Source of the DNA: a virus
Lineage: Duplodnaviria; Caudoviricetes
IMG/VR virus record: IMGVR_UViG_3300027754_000178
Span: 1 to 43,330 of that record
Direction: 5' to 3' (one strand)
Length of the DNA stretch: 43,330 bases
Part shown: positions 36,125-43,330 of the stretch, piece by piece
Layout of the letters: every line of letters begins with the position of its first letter
Position numbering within the stretch: position 1 is the first letter of the stretch
The notes under the pieces: model-generated
Seen by the model: the letters and a program-made list of their open reading frames with translations, nothing else
The model's database searches: none
What the model was told of the DNA's origin: nothing
Position numbers and translations under genes: made by a program

Positions 36125-36401
36125 TACAGAGTAAGACACAAAAACAGATGACCATTCGGTTCACTTGCGACATTCAAACAAAACAAACTGTTTATGCGAT
36201 TGTTAGCAAAGATGGAACTTGTAAATATCTGACTACTTCTATTACTGATGCAATCAAACTCGTACAAAAATGATGCCTGATTTCTATTCTTTCTCTGGTG
36301 ATGGTGTTACATATCTGGGAGCAGTTGGTATTGTTTCCAGTTTTGTGATTCTTTATACTGCTTTTCGGAGGTATTACAATTCTCCTCTTCGCAAATAAAT
36401 A

Positions 36402-36430
36402 TTGACACCAATGCATTTTTTTGATACAAT
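36402..36430 (+). promoter_or_regulatory. sigma70-type promoter
   Basis: TTGACA-17 nt-TACAAT. Confidence 0.6.
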
Positions 36431-36451
36431 CAAAGAGTAATCTGTAAATCT

Positions 36452-36667
36452 ATGAAATTTACTAAATCAATTCAAGAATACGAACAAGACCTCAAAGAAG
36501 CAAAGAAGAAGTATGAGAAACTTCTCAAGCAAATGAAGAAAGCAAGGTCTGAGTATCATTATTACAATCTCTCAGATGAAGCAGAAGTTTTGTATGAAGA
36601 TATTGCTGAACTTCAAATGACGATTACTGATTTACGAAAGCAAAAGAAACTTGCTGAAGCTATTTGA
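36452..36667 (+). CDS. hypothetical coiled-coil protein
   Basis: ORF after a sigma70 promoter. Confidence 0.65.
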   Translation: MKFTKSIQEYEQDLKEAKKKYEKLLKQMKKARSEYHYYNLSDEAEVLYEDIAELQMTITDLRKQKKLAEAI

Positions 36668-36668
36668 A

Positions 36669-36902
36669 ATGACTGACCTTTATTCTGAAATTCTTGAATT
36701 TGAAAAAATGAAAAACATTGACCGTGACCAGTTGATTTCTGATTATGCTCAACATATGCTAGATGGAATGGATAACAAAACAATGGAATGTTTTGTTTAT
36801 GATACTCTAGTGGAAAATCTTACTGATTATACTGATGAAGAACTTCTCACAGAGGTTACAGATTACTACCCAGAATTGCTTGAGGATGCTGATACCGTGT
36901 GA
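36669..36902 (+). CDS. hypothetical acidic protein
   Basis: DGMD.KT...YYPELLE; start reassigned. Confidence 0.65.
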   Translation: MTDLYSEILEFEKMKNIDRDQLISDYAQHMLDGMDNKTMECFVYDTLVENLTDYTDEELLTEVTDYYPELLEDADTV

Positions 36903-36980
36903 CACTTGTGCTTCTGGCACATAACACTCCCAAACCCCTTCAATCCGTGCTATAATTACTTCGTAATCAATCAAAAACCG

Positions 36981-37154
36981 ATGCTGACTCTTGATTCTGC
37001 TAGTGTTTATCAAAAGGATTATCAAATTCTTGATATGATTTGTATGTCTTTTATGGAACATTACAACTTTATGTTGGGTCTTCCATTCAATACTGAAGTT
37101 GATAACTTTTTCTTTCAAGAAGAATTTGACCAATACAAACTGTACGATTGTTGA
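36981..37154 (+). CDS. hypothetical early protein
   Basis: ATG after an early promoter. Confidence 0.55.
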   Translation: MLTLDSASVYQKDYQILDMICMSFMEHYNFMLGLPFNTEVDNFFFQEEFDQYKLYDC

Positions 37155-37488
37155 TGTCTTGTGCCAGTAATCCTTCTGGCACATAACACTTCCCAAAGCA
37201 CCTTTTTTCTGCTATACTTGTAGCATACAAGTTCATGAGGTCTCAAATGTCTGTTGATGAATTGGTACGTCACGATGATTATGAGTTTTTCGCATCTTAT
37301 CTGGGTGTGGATTATGATGATTATGTAGAATTGATTGGTGACTTTGAACTCTCTGAAGATGAGATTGAAATTGAATATGCCTTGAGCGTATAGTTTCAAT
37401 TAGGAATGGGTTTGCCTATGGGTTGGAAACCAGATTATCGCAATCCAACCGACAAAGTTACCCACTTATTTCCCTTGCTTTTATTATT

Positions 37489-37659
37489 ATGTCTGCTAAC
37501 CTGATTGCTCTTGCTGCTGAACTCGTTGATACCAACCCTGCTGGTGCTCAACTGATTGTAAATATCACTAACGCAGAAACTGGTGCTGAACTCGTAGAGG
37601 CACTTGATAATTATGATTCTGTGGTTCTGGAAAATGTAACCGAACCTGTTGCTGTCTGA
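37489..37659 (+). CDS. small hypothetical protein
   Basis: MSANLIALAAELVDTNPAG...; followed by a terminator. Confidence 0.65.
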   Translation: MSANLIALAAELVDTNPAGAQLIVNITNAETGAELVEALDNYDSVVLENVTEPVAV

Positions 37660-37668
37660 TATATAATG

Positions 37669-37696
37669 GGAAGAACTTATTAGTTCTTCCTTTTTT
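37669..37696 (+). terminator. Intrinsic terminator
   Basis: GGAAGAACT-TATT-AGTTCTTCC-TTTTTT. Confidence 0.8.
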
Positions 37697-37698
37697 AT

Positions 37699-37770
37699 GG
37701 GCACATAGTTAAATGGACATAACCCGATTCTTCTAAAATTGTGTTCCTGGTTCGATTCCAGGTGTGCCTG
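37699..37770 (+). tRNA. trnR: tRNA-Arg(TCT)
   Basis: GGGCACA/TGTGCCT, CGATT-CTTCTAA-AATTG, CCTGG-TTCGATT-CCAGG. Confidence 0.9.
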
Positions 37771-37867
37771 TTAATAATCCTTGTGCCACTAATCCTTCTG
37801 GCACATAACATCCCCAAAACAATCCTGGATGTGCTATGATTACAAAGTAATCAACCAAAGACAACTG

Positions 37868-38035
37868 ATGTATCTTGTTTTTCAATCCGTCACTGATGAG
37901 AATGATAACATTCAAATCACTAATCTTTATGAAGTGCGTGATGAGAATGTAGCACAAGATGAAGTTGATCGTAATAATCGCAATCTACAACTTGCAGGTA
38001 TTCCTTCTTCCGTATCTTGCTATTTTTACCAATGA
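37868..38035 (+). CDS. hypothetical early protein (paralog of 41057..41392)
   Basis: TNLYE..DE..AQDEV.R.NRNLQLAG.PS.VS shared. Confidence 0.7.
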   Translation: MYLVFQSVTDENDNIQITNLYEVRDENVAQDEVDRNNRNLQLAGIPSSVSCYFYQ

Positions 38036-38153
38036 AAGTTCCAAATTGGCAACACAATTCAAATAAAAACAAGAAAACCAAAGGAACTTGTAAGGGTCAA
38101 CTCCGAGCAAGAAAACAAGCACTTCAATCACTCAAATCTAAACTGAACTTCAA

Positions 38154-38591
38154 ATGACCTTCACTGATTTCAAACAAATGCAACCCACTGCAACTGCACA
38201 ATCAAAAAGTGTTTTGGATTATGTAGAACTCCTTTGTCAAGTTCTTCGCACTAACTATCAAGATTATGCGATTGGATCTCACCGTAAGAGTATAGAAAAT
38301 GGTCAGAATGCAGAATATCATAAACAAAGAATTGATGAGTTATGTGAAGGTGAAGGTGTAGATGAGTTTGTCTATGAGAAAGGTAGAAAGTATGCAAAGA
38401 TATTGCATATTACTAATCCAGGTGGGGTGAAATCAGTTCATATGTTTGTAGATATGAAAACTGGTGATTGTTACAAACCAGCATCATACAAAGCACCTGC
38501 AAAGGGCATTCGTTACAATCTCTTGGATGATAAATCAAGAGAAGAAATGCTGGGTAGGGCAGACTGGAGTGGGGGTTATTTGTACAAGTAA
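38154..38591 (+). CDS. conserved hypothetical phage protein
   Basis: GRKY.KI...SVH.FVD.KTG..YKPAS.KAPAKG.RY...ADWSGGYLY. Confidence 0.75.
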   Translation: MTFTDFKQMQPTATAQSKSVLDYVELLCQVLRTNYQDYAIGSHRKSIENGQNAEYHKQRIDELCEGEGVDEFVYEKGRKYAKILHITNPGGVKSVHMFVDMKTGDCYKPASYKAPAKGIRYNLLDDKSREEMLGRADWSGGYLYK

Positions 38592-38776
38592 TGCAACCAT
38601 TTCATTCAGGTCTAAATGTTTATTATCACGAACAGTTTGGAACAATACGATTTGTTTGTTCTGAATATGTTACTGTTTGCATCAAACAAGGTGAGGATAG
38701 ATTGAATGATATTTGCATTCTTGTATATCCTCATCAGTACAAGGATATAAAGTTAGAAAAGCAGTCACAAAAATGA
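38591..38776 (+). CDS. hypothetical protein
   Basis: TAATG overlap. Confidence 0.6.
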   Translation: MQPFHSGLNVYYHEQFGTIRFVCSEYVTVCIKQGEDRLNDICILVYPHQYKDIKLEKQSQK

Positions 38777-38885
38777 TACCTTGTGCCACAAGTACAAGTG
38801 GCACAATAAAAGAGCACAGACCTCAAAATGTGCTATATTGGTATGGTGGTTGGGAGACCACACAAATCTTTTATTTTTAATAACA

Positions 38886-39146
38886 ATGAATTCTGCTAAC
38901 TTTCCTCCTGTGGATGATGCAATTAAGTTTCTTTCTAATGTTGATTACAAGAAACTGATTTCACAGGTTGTAACTTTTATTGCAACTGTCTGTGCTATTG
39001 TTGTAGGTGTTGTGAGTTATATTTCTTTTAGTGTTCAGTATTGGTATGAAGATGGTGGTAAGCAAAAGATTGTAAATGCTTATGAGTTTGTGAAGACTAA
39101 TGCTAATCGTGTGATTGATTTTGTTAATACTGAATACATTAAGTAA
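38886..39146 (+). CDS. hypothetical membrane protein
   Basis: FPPVDD, TM helix; start reassigned. Confidence 0.6.
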   Translation: MNSANFPPVDDAIKFLSNVDYKKLISQVVTFIATVCAIVVGVVSYISFSVQYWYEDGGKQKIVNAYEFVKTNANRVIDFVNTEYIK

Positions 39147-39241
39147 GTGATACGGTGTGCCAGTAATCCTTCTGGCACATAACATCCCCAAACGACCCTT
39201 TCCCGTGCTATGATTACGGAGTAATCGAAACCAAAGAACGG

Positions 39242-39421
39242 ATGAAGTTTACCAAAGCACAATCTGTTATTCTTGATGAAATTGGAAACACGAACTCTGT
39301 GAATAACTACTCACAACGGATGAGAGCAATTCAACCTTTGCTTGATGCTAATATCATTCAACGCACTGTAATTTTTGATAATTACAATCTTTCAACTGGT
39401 TATCACTGGGAACTGGTTTAA
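39242..39421 (+). CDS. small hypothetical early protein (59 aa, not in ORF track)
   Basis: MKFTKAQ... after an early promoter. Confidence 0.55.
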   Translation: MKFTKAQSVILDEIGNTNSVNNYSQRMRAIQPLLDANIIQRTVIFDNYNLSTGYHWELV

Positions 39422-39460
39422 CTTTATACTAAACACACATCAATCAACCCGACACCTCTC

Positions 39461-39883
39461 ATGTCCTTCACCCAATTTGTTTCCACTACTACTCTGACTG
39501 TGGTGGATGATTTCAATTTGCTATCTTATCTGGATGCACTCTCTGAGCGTTGCGTGAAAGAAGAAAACTTCCTGTTTGAAGAGTATGGTGAAATTGATGG
39601 TAAGGTTGACATAGAGTTCGGTGAGTATGTTCGTCAAGTCGGCAGCAACATTCTGATTGAATGTGACACTGAAGAATCTAATGGTAACAGTGAAGTCTAT
39701 GATTGGTTGATTGACCAATTCCTGCCTGTTATGACTTCGGAGTTTGCTGAAATTAAATCCGCATCGGTTGATAGTCGTTCTGGTGTGGATGTGAACGTAG
39801 AATTTTACACTAAGGATAGAAAGTGTATCAGCACTGATGACATCAGAAACATTCTGAAACAGTATATCAAGATGTCTGCTTGA
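39461..39883 (+). CDS. hypothetical protein
   Basis: 140 aa ORF. Confidence 0.7.
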   Translation: MSFTQFVSTTTLTVVDDFNLLSYLDALSERCVKEENFLFEEYGEIDGKVDIEFGEYVRQVGSNILIECDTEESNGNSEVYDWLIDQFLPVMTSEFAEIKSASVDSRSGVDVNVEFYTKDRKCISTDDIRNILKQYIKMSA

Positions 39884-39961
39884 CCACTTTCTGAACTGGC
39901 ACATAACATCCCCAAACGACCCTTTCCCGTGCTATGATTACGGAGTAATCAACCAAAACAG

Positions 39962-40147
39962 ATGAAGTTCACCCAAACACAAATGACCGAACAATCCTAC
40001 TCTTTCCGTGGTATATTCACGGACAAAAACTACTCTACTCGTCTTGGTTGTATAGCAGTTTCTGCTCAAGATGCTTGGAATACGATTACAGAACAAAATC
40101 CCACTTTTCTTATACAAAACTGGGGATTTGAGGGTCAAGTTGACTGA
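39962..40147 (+). CDS. hypothetical early protein
   Basis: MKFT start after a duplicated promoter. Confidence 0.6.
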   Translation: MKFTQTQMTEQSYSFRGIFTDKNYSTRLGCIAVSAQDAWNTITEQNPTFLIQNWGFEGQVD

Positions 40148-40188
40148 AACTACTTTATCTCCCTATCCACAAACCAACTCAAACACAA

Positions 40189-40425
40189 ATGACTAAATCT
40201 CTTCAACAAACTTACAATGGTTGGGCAAACTACCCAACTTGGAATGTTGCTTTATGGATAGGAAATGACGAGGGTTTATATAATCGTGCCCGTCGTTATG
40301 ATAGTTTCACAAAGTTTGTGAGTTCTATGCCTTACGGTTATGAAACTCCTGATGGTGTTTCTTTTGATTCTATGGCACTTGACCATCAAGAACTTAATGA
40401 TTTCTTTGCTGAACTGTTTAACTAA
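40189..40425 (+). CDS. conserved hypothetical phage protein
   Basis: YNGWANY.TWNVALWI.NDEGLY...TPDGV. Confidence 0.75.
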   Translation: MTKSLQQTYNGWANYPTWNVALWIGNDEGLYNRARRYDSFTKFVSSMPYGYETPDGVSFDSMALDHQELNDFFAELFN

Positions 40426-40426
40426 A

Positions 40427-40663
40427 ATGAACGAAATCTATTCCTACACTACTTCTCGTTGGGATTGGCAGGATGGTAATGTAAATCAAATGTGGATTCA
40501 AGAGATTGAAGAAGCACCTGATGTTTATAGGTACGTTGCTGTTGCTTACAATCCTCGTAAGGATACAAGTATGGTGATGTCTAATCCTCGTGGGTATCTT
40601 GATACTTTACATTGGGTTCAAAAGTTCTGTAATTCTTTCTCCATTCTTCCTCAATATCAATGA
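40427..40663 (+). CDS. hypothetical protein
   Basis: Start reassigned to ATG 40427. Confidence 0.6.
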   Translation: MNEIYSYTTSRWDWQDGNVNQMWIQEIEEAPDVYRYVAVAYNPRKDTSMVMSNPRGYLDTLHWVQKFCNSFSILPQYQ

Positions 40664-40920
40664 CCCGCACACTTCAACAACTCAAACAGAGCGTAGAAAA
40701 ACTGATTGAGCAGCAAGGAGCAGACGCATCTTGTGCTGCTTACATCTTCACTAAAGAGGACGTATTCGTGATGAATGATGATGGTGAAGAGGTCTATTTT
40801 GATGAGGAAATCACCGACCAAGTTCTTGATGACTTGGATGGAACTGATTACCTTATAGAAAAAGCATTTGATTGTATCACTGATTACATTGGTGATTACA
40901 TTAAGGAGAGTGTAAAGTGA
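40660..40920 (+). CDS. hypothetical acidic protein
   Basis: ATGA-coupled; LIEQQG.DA.CAA.IFT.EDV. Confidence 0.7.
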   Translation: MTRTLQQLKQSVEKLIEQQGADASCAAYIFTKEDVFVMNDDGEEVYFDEEITDQVLDDLDGTDYLIEKAFDCITDYIGDYIKESVK

Positions 40921-41056
40921 CACTCACTGACTGGAATGAATTGTATCGCAGAACCTATGATGCATACACTTATTCCTCATTTTGTAATGAACAAGTAAGA
41001 GAGACATTAGGCACATTACTTGATAATCTAATTGACACCAAACCAAAAGAAACAAA

Positions 41057-41392
41057 ATGACACACTTCACTGTTTATCAATCTCGCATCAAAGATAATGG
41101 TGCTGAAGAAGTTACTAATCTTTATGAGTATGAAGATGAAGACCAAGCACAAGATGAAGTAACTCGCATCAATCGTAATCTACAACTTGCTGGTGTTCCT
41201 TCTACTGTTTCTTATGCTTATTATGAAGTAGAACAACTTCAGTTTACAGATAAGCAACTTGATTCTATAAAAGAGATGGTAGAAAGTTATAGGTCACATC
41301 AACTGGACCTTTATGATAATCCTCCATCTGTTACTTTGTTTACAAAAACTCAACGTGAGTTGTTTCAAATTTTAGGTATTGCCTGCGAATGA
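41057..41392 (+). CDS. hypothetical protein
   Basis: Paralog of 37868..38035 with a C-terminal extension. Confidence 0.7.
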   Translation: MTHFTVYQSRIKDNGAEEVTNLYEYEDEDQAQDEVTRINRNLQLAGVPSTVSYAYYEVEQLQFTDKQLDSIKEMVESYRSHQLDLYDNPPSVTLFTKTQRELFQILGIACE

Positions 41393-41704
41393 CTTATTTT
41401 CTGATTTATCTTATGCTTCTAATTGGAGCACTTATCTTCAACTACATTCTCAACTATTATAACTAAAATGAATGATGACGTTCTTGATTTGTTTTGTGAG
41501 CATCCTGATTGTGAGGATGCTACTGTTGAGGAGCTTGCTGCATCTTTTGAAGTAACTGTTGATTGTTATTTCAACCCAGTGGAAACGGTGTAGGTTATGT
41601 TCCTATCAGTGGTTATTGAGAAGGACACTCCCTGAACTGGCACAAGGACTTCCCAAATCCCCACCAGATGCCCTATAATAGTCTCATAAGCAAAGGAACT
41701 CCAA

Positions 41705-41971
41705 ATGTTTGATGCCTACACTGATTATCCTTTTAAGGAACTTGGTGATACTGCTAATGAGGAAGCACCCATTCGCAAATGCACCATTCTAACTTGGGAC
41801 AGAAACAAGTATTGTGATGTTCTTGTTTATTTTGTAGATGGTGATGGTGATTTGCGAGGACATATTAACAGCATCAAACAATTCTATCTTTACAAAAATG
41901 AAGCAAGGATTGATGATGGGGAGCAATTTGGTGATGATGAACTCAAAACTCTTTCTTGGACTTACCGATGA
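41705..41971 (+). CDS. hypothetical early protein
   Basis: AYTDYPF.ELGD....APIR; AAGGA RBS. Confidence 0.7.
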   Translation: MFDAYTDYPFKELGDTANEEAPIRKCTILTWDRNKYCDVLVYFVDGDGDLRGHINSIKQFYLYKNEARIDDGEQFGDDELKTLSWTYR

Positions 41972-42225
41972 CTGACGAACAACAAGAAATTATAGACGCA
42001 TTTATGAGTGACTTTACTGTAAATACTTATGGTGTTGCTCCTCAACCTACTCTTGAACCTATTGCATTCTAATGATGTTTAATTCTACACTTGATTTGTT
42101 CTGCGAACATGAAGATGCAGAGTATGCTGATGAGTTTGCGATGGAACTAGAAGAACTCGCCTCAAAATATGAGGTGACTTGCGACTATATTATCCAAGAG
42201 TTTATTCTTGACTAATAAATAATGA

Positions 42226-42315
42226 TGCCTTAAGTTACTGCAATCTCTAAAGGTGGGAAAAGGAGTAAAAATACTCCTTTTCTTCTATAAATACTAATGC
42301 AGTAACTAAAGAGCA
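42226..42315 (+). promoter_or_regulatory. Structured leader with an internal late promoter upstream of the GIY-YIG gene
   Basis: AGTTACTGCA (42233-42242)/TGCAGTAACT (42298-42307), inner 11-bp hairpin 42257-42282, TATAAATA 42286-42293. Confidence 0.7.
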
Positions 42316-42318
42316 GAT

Positions 42319-42858
42319 ATGAAAGGAGTAATTTATTGCTACCATTGCATTCCCACAGGAAAAAAATACATAGGACAAACAATCCAAGAAGAAATTAGAA
42401 AATACAGACATTCAATTGATAGTAAGAGATTATATTGCAAATTTTATAATGCTGTTAATAAGTATGGGTGGGAAAACTTCATTTATGGTGTAATTGATGA
42501 GTATGACTTGGAATTATTAAATGAAAGGGAAATATATTATATTAATGTATATGACACATATAAGAGTGGATATAATATGACATTGGGTGGAGATGGGAGA
42601 AAAAAATATGATATTTGTTTCAAAACCATAGAAGAATATTACAAATTTTATAGACAAAACAATGTGGAAAGATTAAAGATATATGATGCAGAATATTACC
42701 AAAACAATAAAGAGAAAAAAAGTGAATATGGGAAAAATAATAGAGAAAGGAGGAAGGAATATATGCGGGAGTATCAAAAGAAATGGAGGGAAAATAATAT
42801 AGAAAAAGCAAGGGAATTTTCTAAAAAATCTTATCACAACAAAAAGCAAAAAAATTAG
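42319..42858 (+). CDS. GIY-YIG homing endonuclease
   Basis: GVIYCY....GKKYIGQT, NAVNKYGWENF, RE.YYI, GYNMTLGGDG; K/E/Y-rich helical tail. Confidence 0.88.
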   Translation: MKGVIYCYHCIPTGKKYIGQTIQEEIRKYRHSIDSKRLYCKFYNAVNKYGWENFIYGVIDEYDLELLNEREIYYINVYDTYKSGYNMTLGGDGRKKYDICFKTIEEYYKFYRQNNVERLKIYDAEYYQNNKEKKSEYGKNNRERRKEYMREYQKKWRENNIEKAREFSKKSYHNKKQKN

Positions 42859-42899
42859 ATGGAGTTTATGTAATAAATATATGTAACACATAGTTTTAT

Positions 42900-42984
42900 G
42901 CTGGAGTTAGCGTAGAGGTCGAACGCACCGCACTTGTAATGCGGAACTGAAAAGTCATCGCAGGTTCAAATCCTGTCTCCAGCT
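42900..42984 (+). tRNA. trnT: tRNA-Thr(TGT) with a long variable arm
   Basis: GCTGGAG/CTCCAGC, CCGCA-CTTGTAA-TGCGG, variable AACTGAAAAGTCATC, TTCAAAT. Confidence 0.85.
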
Positions 42985-43080
42985 TTATTCTTATTATCAA
43001 TGTGACAGTTGTAGCACTGTCCATAATGTTTCCCACCAGCACCTGATGGGTGCTATAATGTACTTTCAGTCATTCATCTT

Positions 43081-43330
43081 ATGCAACTTCTTGATTATCA
43101 ACAACGTGCTTTGAGTGAGATTTCAAAGCACTCAAAGGGTAAGGTGTTGATGCCTACTGGCGGTGGTAAAACTGTAGTGATGATGCAAGATGCAAAGAAC
43201 CGAATTGCTGCGTCTGATGTTCCTCTGACGATTGTTGTTGTTGCTCCTCGCATTCTGCTTGCTAATCAACTCTCTGATGAGTTTGAGCAGTATCTAAAGA
43301 GCGAAGAGATTTGTATTGCTCACGTACATA
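43081..43330 (+). CDS. SF2 (DEAD/ResIII-like) helicase, truncated by the window end
   Basis: L.DYQ..A Q-motif, Walker A MPTGGGKT, VVVAPRILLANQL. Confidence 0.85.
   Translation, partial: MQLLDYQQRALSEISKHSKGKVLMPTGGGKTVVMMQDAKNRIAASDVPLTIVVVAPRILLANQLSDEFEQYLKSEEICIAHVH

Larger units (their letters stand above)
12360..43059 (+). repeat. Dispersed early-promoter family (~22 copies): palindrome TGTGCCAGT-N6-ACTGGCACA (left arm often GACACT/GACCACT), ~30 nt spacer, extended -10 TGCTATAAT
   Basis: Copies starting near 12360, 14585, 16303, 17200, 20515, 21322, 22907, 24813, 29427, 29946, 32836, 34045, 34713, 36065, 36897, 37159, 37781, 38781, 39156, 39880, 41623, 43001; near-constant ~58 nt length; each precedes a gene module. 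Confidence 0.85.

Noticed and set aside
30753-37957. ORFs 30753..30947(-), 32571..32798 and 37733..37957(-)
   Set aside because: They overlap tRNA or tmRNA genes.
32892-39950. GATTAC-N3-GTAATC as NtcA boxes
   Set aside because: Order and spacing do not match GTA-N8-TAC.
2839-42891. Minus-strand and nested alternate-frame ORFs in the track
   Set aside because: Shadows of well-supported + strand genes, with no motifs or expression signals; all promoters found face +.

Overview
A 43 kb, AT-rich segment with essentially all genes on the + strand. It looks like a T4-like cyanomyovirus genome infecting picocyanobacteria (Synechococcus/Cyanobium type). Support: a CobS/CobT-like AAA+/vWA pair, T4 late promoters (TATAAATA), ~22 copies of a palindromic early-promoter motif and a permuted cyanobacterial-type tmRNA. 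Layout: (1) 1-12.4 kb: three paralogous 12-repeat (6+6) Kelch-like propeller proteins interleaved with glycosyltransferases, 2OG-Fe(II) oxygenases and sulfotransferases. (2) 12.4-26.7 kb: vWA/peptidase, CobS and many small early genes. (3) 26.7-29.4 kb: late genes with T4 capsid-targeting-like N-termini. (4) 29.4-32.8 kb: KTSC gene, a 34-codon leader ORF with mutually exclusive antiterminator/terminator hairpins, a boxB/boxA-like signal, 17 tRNAs, a chimeric tRNA remnant, an HNH endonuclease and a two-piece tmRNA. (5) 32.9-34.1 kb: an IceA/NlaIII-like endonuclease plus an adenine MTase, in a sequence that strongly avoids CATG. (6) 34.1-43.3 kb: more early modules, two lone tRNAs, a GIY-YIG endonuclease and a partial helicase. 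The best candidate for an undescribed system is the leader-peptide attenuator ahead of the tRNA/tmRNA array. Its peptide samples 19 of 20 amino acids, so it could act as a general sensor of translational distress that switches on the phage's translation-rescue RNAs. All assignments were made by eye, with no database searches or folding software.
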